Source of the DNA: Camelus ferus
Lineage: Eukaryota
DNA: 64,000 bases
NCBI RefSeq assembly: GCF_009834535.1
Contig: NC_045696.1
Coordinates: forward strand, 41,728,001 to 41,792,000
Direction of reading: 5' to 3'
Shown: in pieces, positions 1-13,701 of the stretch
How positions within the stretch are numbered: the stretch's first letter is position 1
Layout of the letters: the number at the start of each line of letters is the position of its first letter
Made by a program: the position numbers and the translations under genes
Notes under the pieces: model-generated
Seen by the model: only the letters and a program-made list of their open reading frames with translations
Database searches by the model: none
Told to the model about the DNA's origin: nothing

Positions 1-62
1 TGTTTGTTTTGCTGAATTCACGATGAGTTTTTCGTTTAACTTCCCACTCTACCTCTAAATAC
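1..62 (-). CDS. SENP7: SENP7 coding exon (~exon 23), truncated by window edge
   Basis: Acceptor gatttaag|G; reads (E)[20 protein letters not shown] and is in phase with the 715-783 exon. Confidence 0.95.
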
Positions 63-714
63 CTTAAATCATCAAAAAGTAGAGTGACTTGAGTAGAAAT
101 TTCTTTACTATTATGTAACACTTTCACAAAGATCAAAAAACATTTGCTGCCAAATATGTTGCCTCCAGACACACTGCCAGACTAAACTTTAACAGTACAA
201 ATTATAATATGTGAGGCTTCAAAAGTGCTACTTTAAAGAAAATCACCTGAGTTTCAAAATAAAAGCTAGATTTTTTCAACAACTCAACTTTCATAACTCA
301 TATACATAAATAACTTATATTACAAAGTAATTTAACAAATTATTTTTAAACTTTAGTTGGTAGCTTTTTCCATATCCTACAGTAAATTTTAAAATTACAA
401 ACACACATGATAAGAATGTAAGAGTTCTTACTTCTTGTTAAAGCATTACTTTTGATAACCACTAATAGTTGCAATGCTGTTGTAAAACTATGCTTTTGTT
501 CAATTATAACTACAAGTTCTAAATTTACTTTTAATTTATCCTTGAGAAACATTTTAATACTTGAAGATTAAGACATAATGGTGATATTTATTATTAATTA
601 TTTATAGGCCTCATCTAAACACATAATAAAATATAATTCCTGACATAATCTTTTCAGTAATTCTTAAGGTAACCTAATAATTATTGAGATTTTAGTAAAA
701 TTGTCATTACTTAC

Positions 715-783
715 TCTCGTAAATTCTGAACTGTGTTTTGTATAGAAGCAGCTTTTAAGGAGTCTAGAATGAGAATACACGGC
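715..783 (-). CDS. SENP7: SENP7 exon (~22), 69 nt, catalytic Asp
   Basis: tag|G..GA|gtaagt; (R)[23 protein letters not shown], with the LDSL motif of C48 proteases. Confidence 0.97.
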
Positions 784-880
784 CTATGAAAAGTAAAAGA
801 AGAAATCAATATGGACATATGTGCATAGAAAGTAAACCTAAATATCTGAAAAAAACTGTATTATTATAGCATGTACCTAC

Positions 881-924
881 CTTTTACACATTTTCTTTGG
901 TACTGATGTATTCATCTCAGGACT
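881..924 (-). CDS. SENP7: SENP7 exon (~21), 44 nt
   Basis: ttttag|AGT..AG|gtaggt; SPEMNTSVPKKMCK(R); 97-nt intron to the next exon. Confidence 0.95.
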
Positions 925-2248
925 CTAAAATAACATGAATTTTTATGACTTTACAATTAAAGCTAGTTTATGACTTTACAATACTCAGTTACTCTTTAAA
1001 ATATTTCTAACAACTATGAAATTAAAATTTCAAATATTAGAGTTCTTTTCATCAACTGAAGTAAGCCAACATCATTTTTCAAAAATTTTTTGATTTATGT
1101 TCTTATACTGGTGAAACAATAGTTTATATACTTTTACATGTGGCCTCAATAAGTTATGGAGCTTTAATATGGCCTAAAACACAACATGGAACTTGAATTG
1201 CTTCCATTCAGACTTGCCATCTTAGCAAAGATAAACATGTTAATTTAACCTGTCCTTATACATATTCTCTTAATATACAATGTCAGTAGAGACAGGCTGC
1301 TTCCCCTTGAAACATAAGAAGCAGAGTATTAATACGTATTAAGGGACAAGAGATGGGTTATTTTGTTAATTTTGATAAATTTGAGAATAGATCAAATTTT
1401 CTTCAGTGTGGAACTTCTCACTACCTATATTATTCTAATATAACAGTGAATCTCTAAGAGGAATAGGACACAGGGCCTACTCAACTTAACTGACCTTAGA
1501 ATTCTTGTTATCATAAACTGCATCTCAGAATAAGTGTTCCAAGGAACTCAGTCTGGGAAACCTGGCTCTGGGAGCAAGAAGGAACTCCCTTATTCTGCCA
1601 CTGTGACAGCAGAAAAGGAAACCACCTTCCTTCTGCCCACCCTATTCCAGTGACAGTAAAGACACAGGCCTGGGCCAAGGAGGCTGCTGCTGCTGCCTGT
1701 ATTTATTAAAAAAAAAAAAAAAAAAAAAAGTATGTGGCTACCTAATCAAGAACAATGAAATCTAGACCATGAATACCAGTTTGGAGGTCTATTTAAAGAG
1801 AAGTTAACAGTAACTATCTTAGCCTCAGGAGTCATATGGATTGACCATGAGTCTACTTTGAATAATTTTCACCAACAATTCACAATAATAGAATGTTGAA
1901 TATAAAACATAGGTTATTAATTACTCTAAGCACAAGAAATTCTGACTTAATGAAGAATAATGTACATTTTTCTATAGAAATTGGAAAAGTAGCCAATCAA
2001 GATCAGATAAACTAGTAAATAAACAAACCTAGAGAGTTAAAGTAAGCTAAACAGACGCAAGAAGAATGATAATTTCTCTTGTTCTCTTTCCTATCCCAAC
2101 AAAATACATCAAAGGATCATAAAACAGCACAATTTAATTATGGTCCACCAATATCCATCATAGCTCACTTAGCTATGCCTTGTTTTACAGATAATATTAT
2201 TATATTTATGAGTTTTCCTTCCTTTACATCTATAAAAAACACACTTAC

Positions 2249-2301
2249 TTGGGAATCCTCCGTACCCAAGGACAGTGCTGAAGTAGTATGTAGATCATTA
2301 T
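2249..2301 (-). CDS. SENP7: SENP7 exon (~20), 53 nt
   Basis: tag|AT..CAA|gtaagt; (D)NDLHTTSALSLGTEDSQ. Confidence 0.93.
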
Positions 2302-3300
2302 CTAGTTAGGAACAACAAAGCAGTTATGTGTGATAATTTTATGTATAATACAAAGCATTTAGATAAGCTTAAACTGAAATTTGTATGCATAGCAGTAAAT
2401 AAAGGGAAAAAATACCCGGAATCTATTTAGTTATTTTTCATGGTTAATGTTATGAAAAATTCAATTAACACAGAAAACTGATCATGGATAGCTGTCATCA
2501 GACAATACATAAAGCCCAGAGCCAAAACCTGAACTGCCAGTTAGCTGGGCCAGTTTCCTATAAAAAGACAGTCTTCAAAGACTGCTCAATGATCAAAATC
2601 CCTAGTGTTTAATTGTGGAGGATTCTTAATTTGCCTAGTAATAATTCTTCTAAACTATGATCACAGAGGGTTGCAAAAATATACTTTTGAAGCACAAGAG
2701 GATTAAACAAAATTGAAAATAATCTGCTCTTTTATTGGTTTTTCTTCCTTCCCCACTAGAGAAAGGTTTTGGCCAGTTATGAAGAGTTATGGCTATTATT
2801 AATTTGCTTACCACTTAGACTACAGCTATAAAATATAATTTTGATTTGTTTTCTGTTTGCTTACTTCATTAAGATTGGGTTTGCTTCATTTGCTTACTTC
2901 ATTAATGTAAGAAAAATCATGGAAGAATTATAAGAGACCTGATACTACCTAGCCCAATTACTAGTGTCAACAAGAATTGTGCTCATTTATATTAAGAAAA
3001 AGAAAAAACAGGAGATTTCAAGCTATGCCTGAAGATTCACAGCATGAATTGTTAGGCACATTAGCAAGATGATACTATAAAAAGTACTATGATAAAACCT
3101 GATCTAACAGTATAACTTGAGAATTACATTTTGTCTATACATGAGTCTGGGCATCTATCATGAAAATTTCAGACACTATTTCTTCTAATATGTTTAATGA
3201 TAATAAATAACTATACTATCTGTTAACTTCATATTGTTTGCTACATTCATTTTACTGTTACTATCATTATTAAAAACACCATCTATGCTAAGTTTATCAC

Positions 3301-3425
3301 CTATTGTTTTATTGTCATGTTGGGATTGCTGAGCCTGGGAGTGCTGGGATATAGTTTGTGGAAAATCTTCATACACAGCTTCTTCTAACCATGGAAAACA
3401 AATGACTGCAAGATACCAGTGAGAC
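3301..3425 (-). CDS. SENP7: SENP7 exon (~19), 125 nt, catalytic His
   Basis: cag|G..G|gtgata; [41 protein letters not shown]. Confidence 0.97.
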
Positions 3426-4070
3426 CTGTTGAAAAAGAAATAAGTTCTTAATAACACAAAATCTAAACAACCTAGAAGAATAAGTTCAAGAACTATAGCT
3501 GAGAAGGTGGGTATGATAAACTTCTTATCTATTTTGACGAAGTCCATTCTAATATCTGATATAATACAGAACACACATTCCAAACTAATTTAAAAAGTAG
3601 TAAGCCTTCTTAGAGTAAAATCTGAGTAATTCAAACTAATTTACTTTCATATAATTGGTGTGTCCTGTTAAAGATCTGGTTTAATAAATAGACTTATAGC
3701 ATCACCTTCTTTCTATTGGTGCGTAAAGAGCTTGTTCTCATAAGCATTTGAAGATTCTTCCTAAAACACTCTGATCTTTTGTCTTCAAAATCTTTTCTTG
3801 AGTACCCCCAACCAAAAATTCAATGTCTCAGTCATTATAGTCTTGTGGGCAACTATCATTTTAATTTTTTCACTATTTATAATATAAATACCATCAAACC
3901 AAAATCTAAGATAAATAAACTCATTATTTTAGCTACTTCTTTAGAAAAAATTAAAAATAACACCTAAGTTTATATATCCACACTTTTTATTGCTTATTAA
4001 TCTAAAAATGCACAAAATATTTTTTCTGCACTGTCTGTGATTTTGTTTTTAAGTAATCTGAAATACTTAC

Positions 4071-4163
4071 GACTCATTTACAGGCACAAAGATATAATCT
4101 TTATTAAAGATGTTTATGTGACGAGTCCATGTTCTTACTCTTTTATGTCTTCTCTGAGCCATT
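4071..4163 (-). CDS. SENP7: SENP7 exon (~18), 93 nt
   Basis: tag|A..TC|gtaagt; [30 protein letters not shown](S). Confidence 0.97.
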
Positions 4164-4939
4164 CTAGAAATGTAAAAGATAGATATATTTGGTATACAAA
4201 AAATTAAAATTTTAAGATAAGGTTTTCAAGAGTCCATTTTATACACTGAAAAATGCTAGTTTTAGCTTATTTAATCATCTTCTTCAAGATATAATATTTA
4301 ATGGACTAGAAAATTATCTCCTTTTATTAACTCCTGGCTATTTTTAGTCCAGCACAATGAAAACATCTCTGGGTTAGAAGTTAAAAGATAAAGATTTCAG
4401 TACCAGCCTGTTCTGTCACTCACCAGAGTTCTGCCAATCTTTATTGCCCTGCTTCCTCAACTGAAAAATGCCCTATATATCTAAAAACATTGTTATGGGA
4501 AGAAATAATGTACAAAAATGTACCTTGTAAAGTGGTAGACAAAAGTTTATGTTAACTTTTTAAAAAACAAAACCCCTTAATTTTATCAGGGTTCTTCTGT
4601 AGAGATTATCACACGGATTGTTAGGGTGGGGGAGGGATGAAGCAGTTCCATGCTCACAGCTGTCTGAGTCAGTGCTATTTAAGCTACAAAATCTACTCCT
4701 TCCTCCTCCATGCCCATCCCTAGCCACCGCTCTATAGGTTTTAGAATTAATCAAAAAATACTTGGACAGAAATTCAGCTAAATTATGAGGACAAATATGG
4801 TATTTTGTGCACTGTTAAATCAGTTTAATTAAATAGTAGTATGTCAGTAAGGGTGTGACCAAGAAAACATACACCACCCTATGTATTTAAGACAGATAAA
4901 ATGTAATGCAAAGAATTGGCTTCAGTGGTGATAAAAAAG

Positions 4940-5303
4940 TGCAAAGCCAAAAAAGGCAACCAGGGAGGCAACCAGAGATTAGCATAGTAGGACAATGCTA
5001 CACTTTATGCTGAAGGGCAAAGTGAAGAAGCAGCACCTCCAGATGGAAGCTGGAGCTCTACCAGGTCCGTCCGGTGCAAGACAGACCCAGAGCAGAAACA
5101 GAACCACTACCAGAGTAACTGCCAAGGCAAAGATGGTACAGTAGAAAACATCCTGGCTGCTTCTTTCCTTGCCCTCCAACCTCAGTGTCCCCCACAGAAC
5201 ATGCAACTGGAAAAGCAACCTGCAAGAGTCAGCCTCCCTGTGATAGGGAACAGAACAGAAGGGTGAGAAACGTCTCCCAGAGCAAACTGGCCCAAGATCT
5301 GCA
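4940..5303. mobile_element. Old LTR remnant, ERVL-like (LTR33/LTR16-type)
   Basis: GC-richer island resembling ERVL LTRs (gtcagcctccctg...gagcaaactggcccaagatctgcaca); family from recall only. Confidence 0.4.
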
Positions 5304-5417
5304 CAAGTGGTAATTCTGCTCACTCACTCTGGGAAGTAATGTAAGACATTATTTCACTAGGAGCGTCAAAACACTGTTTTCCTCTTAAAATTTAAATACA
5401 TTAGAAGACTGACTTAC

Positions 5418-5540
5418 GAAAGATTTGGATTATCTTCTGTTAAATTATTTTCCTTTCTCGTCAAGCATTTATAGAAAAAGCTACTAAAAATGTGACTTCG
5501 TTCAACAAGTTCATCAGATGCCTTCTCCAATATAAGATAC
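5418..5540 (-). CDS. SENP7: SENP7 exon (~17), 123 nt
   Basis: cag|G..TC|gtaagt; [40 protein letters not shown](S). Confidence 0.97.
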
Positions 5541-5739
5541 CTGTAAAGTAGCAACACCTTAAAGTAAGTTATTTTTAGATTTTACTTGGTCTTCCTCCAA
5601 TTATCTTATGTGTTCTGAAAATCTTCACTTTTTGTCCAAAGTCAAAACAATCTTGTAATTTGCTCTGATTTTCGCATTTTTTGTTCTTTAGTTACATCAC
5701 CTTCTATTAAGGTCAGTTGAAGAAGAAATTTTCCATTTA

Positions 5740-5940
5740 CTCACTCATTCACTCAACAATTATTTAACAAATTCCTAACATGTGCCAAGCACCACATTTA
5801 CACTAGAGACACAGAATAAGAGGGGACAAAAAAAAAAAGCACCTGCCTCCATAGAGCTTACAATACAAAAAAGCGAGGGTACGAGGAAATATTAATCAAA
5901 TAATCACACAATCAAATATAAAATTGAAACTATGACACTC
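5740..5940. mobile_element. L2 3'-end remnant
   Basis: cattcactcaacaattatttaa...tgtgccaagc...cctgcctccatagagcttaca, typical of the L2 tail. Confidence 0.55.
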
Positions 5941-7257
5941 CTAAATAAAACTAGAGAAACTTTAACAACTGAGACATAACTAATTTCTAAATCCTTAATC
6001 CATTTCTATACTAAAACAGCTCTTCAATATAAGGTTATAATTTAATCACTTAATAATTAAGCCCTTCAAAATCAGGTAACTGCTATTCTTAATAGTTTAT
6101 AAAGGTTCAAAAATGATCTTGTAATTGCTTTTTTTTTTAGAAAAAAGCATAAAAAACAAACACAACTTGAATTTTTTTAATGTAGTTGTGGGGAGGGTAT
6201 TCTATGTGGAAGGAAACACGAAGAATGATTTTGCTGTGCTACAAGTGTTCTTTATCTTGATCTGGATGATGATAACATGAGTGCACACATAAATGAGCAT
6301 TCATGAGCTGCACACTTAAAATTTATGCACTTCACTACTTGAAAGTTATTCATCAATTTAAACAATAAACAGAAGAGAGGTTTTAAAAAGTTAGAATCCT
6401 CTCTGAAAAGAAGTCAATAAGACAGAGATACAGAAAGTTTAGTGAAGAGAAAGTATAGGAAAATACTATTAGAACTGAATTAGAAATAAAATTTTGTTAG
6501 TTAATTCCAATAAAACCTAACATTAACAGCAAAGATGATCCATTTCATCTCACAAAATATAAATGTGACACTATTACAGGGATACAAAAATAAGTAAGAT
6601 GTTTAACCTTTAGAAAGAGAATAATCATAATGCCACCAAATAACTTTAAAATAAAGCAAAATATTATAAGCACCATAAAAGAGATGCAAATGAAGTATTA
6701 TGACAGTTAATATCTATTTAGGATCAGGAAGTTTCAAGAAGGTAACACTTCCAAGGAATCCTGAAAGAGGAATAAAACTTCAACAGGTTATGATAAAGAG
6801 GAGAGTATTGCAAGAAGCAAGAAAAACAGGGCATTAAGGCAGAAGAGTGAATAAGAATGGGCTTTGTTTAATAAACTATTTATAATTAAATTTTGCTGGA
6901 CTATGTCATATGCATAGGGTTATTAGCTGAAAGACCGATTATTGTCATATTATCAAGACACTCAAATGCCTATGTTTGAGCTCATTTTGATGAGTAATAA
7001 GAAATTACTAAATGTTTCTAGTGGGAATTGCATCTTACAGAGCAGTTCAAGAATAATAATAGTGGTAATAATATATGTAACAGATCAGAAAATAGAGACA
7101 AAGGATATAGGAGATGAGTGAAGAATAACAATTTAGGTAAGATGCATAGTACTAAAAATATCATGATGAGAAAATAAAGCAAATAAATGAATTAGACAGA
7201 ATCTACCACTCAGGCAACTGAGTATGTAGAGAGGGGAGGGTGAAGAGTCAATGATAA

Positions 7258-8212
7258 CAGACTTCACTCCCAGCCAAGATGGAACAATAGGGACCAGATT
7301 TACACTCCTGTTTGAAACAAGTAGAAAACTGGACAAAATAAATGAAACAATAGTTTTCAAAATAGTGGGTATGATATAACAAAGAACAGTGACCCCTTGA
7401 GAAATGGAGAGGTCCATAATTGCTCCAGCTTACTGCCTTGACAAGTTTCCAGGCTGCAGCACAGGAAGGGACAACCCAGGTGGAGCCTGACAGGCTCCCA
7501 GAGCGGAGGAGATGCTGAGAGTCAGAAGAGAAGAAGGCAGTGGGAGCTTGCAGATCAGAATATTGGAAAAGAAAAAGCAGTATAGAGAGAGAACTCCAGA
7601 CATTTGCAGAGTCCTCCTCTAGGATTTAGCAGAATACTGATCATTGCATGTATATAAAGAAAATGTCCAAGGCTGAGGAAAAGAACTACCTGAAAAAATT
7701 AGAGGGAATGGTACCCACCATTCACACAGGCTGCAGGAATGGTGCCTGTTCCTACTAGCCAGTCTGGAAAACCTTGTAATTCATGAAGCACTGAGTAGAG
7801 CACTCAGAAGGGTCTTTCCTCAGTGGCAGGGATTAACTTGTTGGTCTCACCTAACAGCTCTTAAAAAGCAAGACCCTTAAAATCATCAAGCTGTTTCCAA
7901 ACAATCTGTATTTCAAAACAAAATTCAAGAATATTTACAGGAATAAAAAAATACCCCAGCACCCAATTTAAAAATTACCAGACATTCAAAGAAGCAAAAA
8001 ACAAATAAACAAAGACTCATAATGAAGAGAGAAAACAGTCAATTGAAACAACCCAGGACTAACACATATACTAGAACAAGTAGAAAAGGACATTAAAATA
8101 GTTATTATATAATAATTATGCTCCACATGTTTAAAAAATTAGAGACATGAAAGATATAAAAAAGACCCAAAGAGAACCTCTAGCAATTAAATCTACAATG
8201 TCTGAGATGAAG
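7258..8212 (+). mobile_element. Old L1 (L1M-type) 5'UTR and start of ORF1
   Basis: Begins acttcactcccagccaagatgg, then GC-rich UTR and degenerate ORF1-like A-rich sequence. Confidence 0.6.
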
Positions 8213-8907
8213 AGCAGATGATAATTTGAGATTCTGAGCCTAAGAGACTCGAATAAGGATAGCACTATTAGTAAAACAATAGGGCCTCTTCAGCAGTAAG
8301 ATGATAATAAACTGGTTTGGGAAGAGCCAGTGAAATAATTAGGAGACATCTTGAAGAAGTGCTGGAAATGTAGGTCTAGGGATATAGTACAACATGAGGG
8401 CTAGAGACAAATCACTTTTGCATGAAAGTTTATAAAACTTTCCTATATATTTCTTCAGCTTGGCTATAAAAAAAGTGAAAATTATTTTTAATGGAACAGT
8501 GATATGGATTTTTAAAATGACATTAACTCTTACAGTGCTTTAAGACACAATAGCTAACTACACAGAATTGCTTCTTTTCAGTTCCCAAAGTGATTTGTAA
8601 TTATGTAATACAAATATAATATAATAATACAAAAGACAAAGAGCTATCCATCAAAAACAAGCCAATTAATAAAACAAAAACAAAAATACAGTAACTCTTC
8701 TGAAGTATACAGTATCTATGGGAAGTAAAGGAATGAAACTGAATTAGTCAACTCTAGAAAACTTTGGTAGGCAAACATTTTTCAAATCTGGTATTTTGGC
8801 AGGTTATTTTTAGCTAGAGTTAAAACACTTCAGAGATAAAGATATTCACTTTAAGATTCACATCAAAACCTGTAAAACAAGTGAGATCATTTATCACTGG
8901 TACTTAC

Positions 8908-9024
8908 TTAAGGTAGAAATCAATGATCACATCATTAAGAAACTCTCCTTCTTCTAAGCACTCCAGATCTTCGTTAGTTACTCCTAAACCCCCTTTAGTA
9001 GGTGGTGGAGGATACACAATCAAC
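8908..9024 (-). CDS. SENP7: SENP7 exon (~16), 117 nt, start of catalytic domain
   Basis: aag|G..AA|gtaagt; [38 protein letters not shown](K), the SENP6/7 loop-1 signature. Confidence 0.98.
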
Positions 9025-10421
9025 CTTCAAAAGTAAAAATAAAGTTGAAATATATTAATATTGAAAATTCTAGTATCAAAGAGATTTGTTATATGGAACA
9101 ATAACAGGGAAGAAGTATTCAGTAGCTAAAATGTGTAGGTAAAAAATATTTGACAGAATACAAGCTATTATATTTTCCTTCCTTTATTTTCACAAGCTAC
9201 TGATAGTACTCTCAGTGAGTACCTTATAATTTCTAATTCTTCCCATATGGGCTAGTCTTAAATTTGTCTGATCAATTGGTTTATATCTCACATTCAGTTA
9301 CAATATCACTGAAGATGTGTCTCTTATGTACAATTTTTAACATTCAAAAAACCAAAGTAATAAACTATAGAAGATTTTCCTATGTTCCACTTCCCAATGC
9401 CAAGACTGGTTCCTTTCCATTCAAAAGAGCCAGCAGTCAAAAATTATGTTCTCCCACTGATGGCTACTCTACACCAGCAGCTGGGCAATGAAGAAATAAC
9501 ACTGGAGCTTAGGAGGCAAGTTTCCCATAACAAAGTGCTTACAATATAAAACTCAAGAGAACAAAAAGGAAATGAATAATTACAACACAACCAGAAAGAA
9601 ATGAAAAACAAGATGACAACGAATTACGCATGTTTCCTCTGGCACTCTCTTTTAAAGCTCAGAAATCAAAGCAATTGTGAATTCTGGCTACAGTCTTGGA
9701 ACAGACAGCGTGGTACTCATGGCACAAATATAGTCAATAATAAAAGTATAATATGTACTTCTTGAACTAGAAAGATTCAAGTAGAATCACCTGCAATTGA
9801 TTTAATCTTGGTAACCATGGCACCTAAATCAAATAATATGTGAAAATTTTAAATGCTAATATAATAGTTACTAACTTATTGGCTATTTTCCTATCTCATA
9901 ATTTCACTTTTTTTTCCTAACAAAGGAATCACATAAAGGACTAGAAATCACCCTCAAATGCACAGACTCCCTTATTCTGCCTTACCACCCAAAGAAGACA
10001 TATAAAAGGCAAAATGTGAACAAAGAAGCAACATCTGAAAGGGAAGTTCTGCTAAACTCCAAAGTACCTTAAACTGAAGCACACTTTAGCAAGCAATTTC
10101 ATTTTTCCTATCATATATTCAGATATGGAACATATACTCCTAAAAACCATACATTGCTATTTGAATATTTTCAATAAATGCTTTAATCTTACCAAATTTG
10201 ACATATTGGCTACTATTTCTGACTTACTTACATAAAACGAAACAAAATGGCATGGGTTGTTTTCTTAATAATTTCTTTTAACTTTTTAATAATTATTTGT
10301 TATTAACTGTCAGCAAGAAAGTCAAAACATTTTAAAAAGGTAAAATACTTAAAATCAACAACATGAATGAAAACTACTAATTTGCCCACCTATTACAAAC
10401 GGGATATGACACAGTACATAC

Positions 10422-10555
10422 TTCTGAACAGGTCCAGTGTGCCTGACTTCTCGCCATTCTTCATCTGGATTAGATGTAATAGAAAGTGAGTAGCAACCAC
10501 TACTTTGCTTCTGCAGTAAGGTGTAAGTAGGCTTGGCTGTATCTGCATGTGAGGG
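10422..10555 (-). CDS. SENP7: SENP7 exon (~15), 134 nt
   Basis: cag|CCC..AA|gtatgt; [44 protein letters not shown](K). Confidence 0.97.
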
Positions 10556-11224
10556 CTGACAGAAAATGGCAAAGAAAAAGGTCTTATAAATACATATCAA
10601 CTCTCAAAAGAACAAAGTCAAAACCTAGACTTGTAAGAGAAAATGTGACAAAAAGAAATACATACCAAGAGTTATATATATTTTTAGAATTTCTACAAAG
10701 ATATAACCAAACAAAATAATACTTTGGATCAAACAATACTGTGCATACAGTGACCAAAGTTTAACCTGAAGTGTTACTTACAGATCTGGGCTTTATAATT
10801 AAATTAGAATCTGAAAGCAGTGCATTTTGTTCAAAATAAACAAAAGAGGTAATAAATAGTAGGACAAAATTTAAAAGAGAGACCAAAAAGAGTTTATAAC
10901 ATCATAAATTGATATTTTATTGTTAAGTGGAAAAATACAAATTTATATATACTATGTAATTACCAAGCAAAATTTTTACGACATTATATTAAAGATGGTG
11001 GTGAAGTCTTACACCTTGTCTTCCATTAATGTAACTTTCTATTGACCTTTTAAATAAGAGATCAGCCCCAGACCAAAGCCACATGTAAGTGTGTGTGTAT
11101 GCAGGCACAGGTCACAACAAACTTAATAAACACTTTTCTTTCTAGAGGTATTTGGCAGAGATATACAAGCCACATGTATATTCCCAACCTCCTATAAAAA
11201 TAAAACATAGAATTTTTTAACTTA

Positions 11225-12100
11225 CTATTATTTCAAGACAATTTTAGATTATAAAAGAATTGCAAAAAACAGACAAGCCTCTCCCAGATTCCCCTAATAA
11301 TAACATCTTATATAACCATAGTACAAGTATCAAAAGTAAGAAATTAATGTTGGTGTTGTGTTCATATTATAAATTATACACTTTATTCTGATTTTACTGG
11401 TTTTCCACTAATAAATTTTTTCTGTTTCAAGATCCTGTAATTCTTCAGTCTTTTCCATGTCTTTCATGACCTTGATATTTTTTTGACTGTTGGTCAGTTA
11501 TTGTGTAACTAGCCTTGTCTGATTTTCTCATGATTAGATTGAGGTTATACAATACTAAGAAGAATGCCACGGAAGTGATGTACTCTACTCTATGCATGAT
11601 ATGACAGGTATGTTATGTCGATGCGTCTCATTACTGGTAATGTTAATTTTGATCACTTGCGTTAAGGTGATGTCTGCCATGTTTCTCCACTGTAAAGTTA
11701 CTACTTATTTTCCTTCTTGTAATTGAAATATTTGGGATGAGAGACTGAGATTATGCACATATCTTATCTCACCTTAAGTTTTCACCCATTAAATTAAGCA
11801 TCTCTCAATGGACCTTACCTGCAACAATCATAATTTTCCTAGCAGTGGTTTTATATTTCTCTTATTCCTTTTACATTTATTAATTGGAATACTTTTCTAA
11901 CAAAAGAATTGTCCCTTACCCACTATTTACTATTTATTTTTTATTCATTCATTCATTCATTCATTTTTATCAATATAGATTCATGGGTACATCTTATTCT
12001 TTGGTAATAATCACATGCTATCATTACTGATTTTGTTGATCTAAATGATCTAGCTTTGACATTGGGAGTTCTTTTAGGTTGGTTCCTATGCCCTTTTGAC
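11225..12100 (-). mobile_element. Old L1 (L1MC-like) 3' end
   Basis: Antisense L1MC-like 3'UTR motifs (cccagattcccctaat; gatcacttgcgttaaggtgatgtctgcc). Confidence 0.6.
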
Positions 12101-12196
12101 AAAATACAGCATTCTGAAATCATCCTAATTTCAATTAAAGAATTTTTACCAAACTGCCTCCCTCCCCCTCATTAATTACATTAATCATATGCTAAC

Positions 12197-12459
12197 CTGA
12201 GATACTGATTTCATCTTCATTTCTTCAGCAGCAGCAGCAGGGAAAGAACAAGTTGAAGCACAGTAATAGTGAATAAAAGAACTTTCTTTTGAAGAGAGGT
12301 TCTGAAATAAAGGAAGTGCCTGAACCCAAGACAATGGATAAGAAAGCTCTAATTCTCCATTGGTTGTACTTATTTCTGTCATAATATCTTTCAATTTCAA
12401 TTCTTCTCTTTGTGAAATAAAACTATGTAGCTCAAGGAAAATGAATTCAGTGGATTTTG
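12197..12459 (-). CDS. SENP7: SENP7 exon (~14), 263 nt
   Basis: tag|CA..CAG|gttagc; (S)[30 protein letters not shown]...[15 protein letters not shown]. Confidence 0.97.
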
Positions 12460-13197
12460 CTATGAAAGAAAAAAGAAATTTTATCAGTAGTATTTTTCAA
12501 GGGGATTATAGTTAAAATAATTTATTAATAACAGTAAGTTGGTATATAACTCAACAAACTATTTTGTAGGTTAGTTAATAACTCAGGCAAATTAAATCCC
12601 AAAACAGGTCATTAGTAACCTGGAACCAAAACTCACAATTTTTAGACTGCTACTGCATTAGAATGGAAACTCCACAATGGAACTGACTGCTGTATCTCCA
12701 GTACCCAGAATTTAGTAGGTGCTAATAAATATTTGTTACTGAATGTATAACTAAATAAATAAATTATGACTAAGCAATTATTTTTCTCTAGTCTTTTCTA
12801 TATATCAATTTTTTAATTCCAATTTCTAAAAATTTCTATTCAAATACTTCCTTCAAAATCATTTTGTCTCATCAATCATTTCAACAGTGGATTCAAATGA
12901 CATTCTCTCCCTGCATAATGTTTATAAATGGCTCACTGTATTTTCCCAACTTCTTTGCTATTTAATCATGTGAATTTCCCCAACTAATTTGGAAGTAATT
13001 AGTTCAGCAAAACAAGACATTTTTTAAAGGTATAAAATTTCAATCACTACTTTATATCTTTAATGTGCAAGGGAGTAGGAGGGGAAATGATAGCGAGATT
13101 AAAGAGGTAAGAAAGAAACTTACTAATTTGATTCATCCAATTCTAAACCAGACTTTCTTAAGAACTGGAAACTAAACAGAGATGGGAAATATCTCAA

Positions 13198-13241
13198 GAT
13201 GTATATATGTATGTATGTATGTATATATATATATACATACA
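13198..13241. repeat. (TATG)n/(TA)n microsatellite
   Basis: Directly visible. Confidence 0.8.
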
Positions 13242-13701
13242 CCGGTAAGTGTTATAAGAACATACAAAAAAGTATTCAATCCAGTCTTAGAAAAATGATA
13301 TGTAAGTAAATTGAGTTTTCTTTTTTAGAAACTGAAGGAAATGTTGAAGATAAAGAATTGTGTATTTTATTTAACTTTGCTACTGATTAGCTCTGTCACG
13401 TTTCATTATAAAATAAGGGCAAGAAACTCGTAAGACAGGTAGCCAAGGATGTCAACTGACTAAAAGATAAGGTAGTCCTTTCATTTTATAAGATAGTTTC
13501 ACTTGGTTGAGTAAAATTATAAGGAGAAATTACATGAATAAAATAATTTATCTCACTATATATTAAGGGATTATCTTTAATTCAATGAACTTAATTTTAG
13601 TTCAATGAAATAATTATATCTACTAAATTATTTTAGAAGAAAATTACTTTATTTATAGGGCTTCTCAGATTATCCTGAAATTCAGAAATCTTTATACTCA
13701 C

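Noticed and set aside
2856..2905. Repeated tttgcttacttcattaa
   Set aside because: Simple local slippage duplication with no sign of function
3194..3583. 129-aa ORF as a standalone gene
   Set aside because: It is the 125-nt SENP7 exon plus intronic read-through
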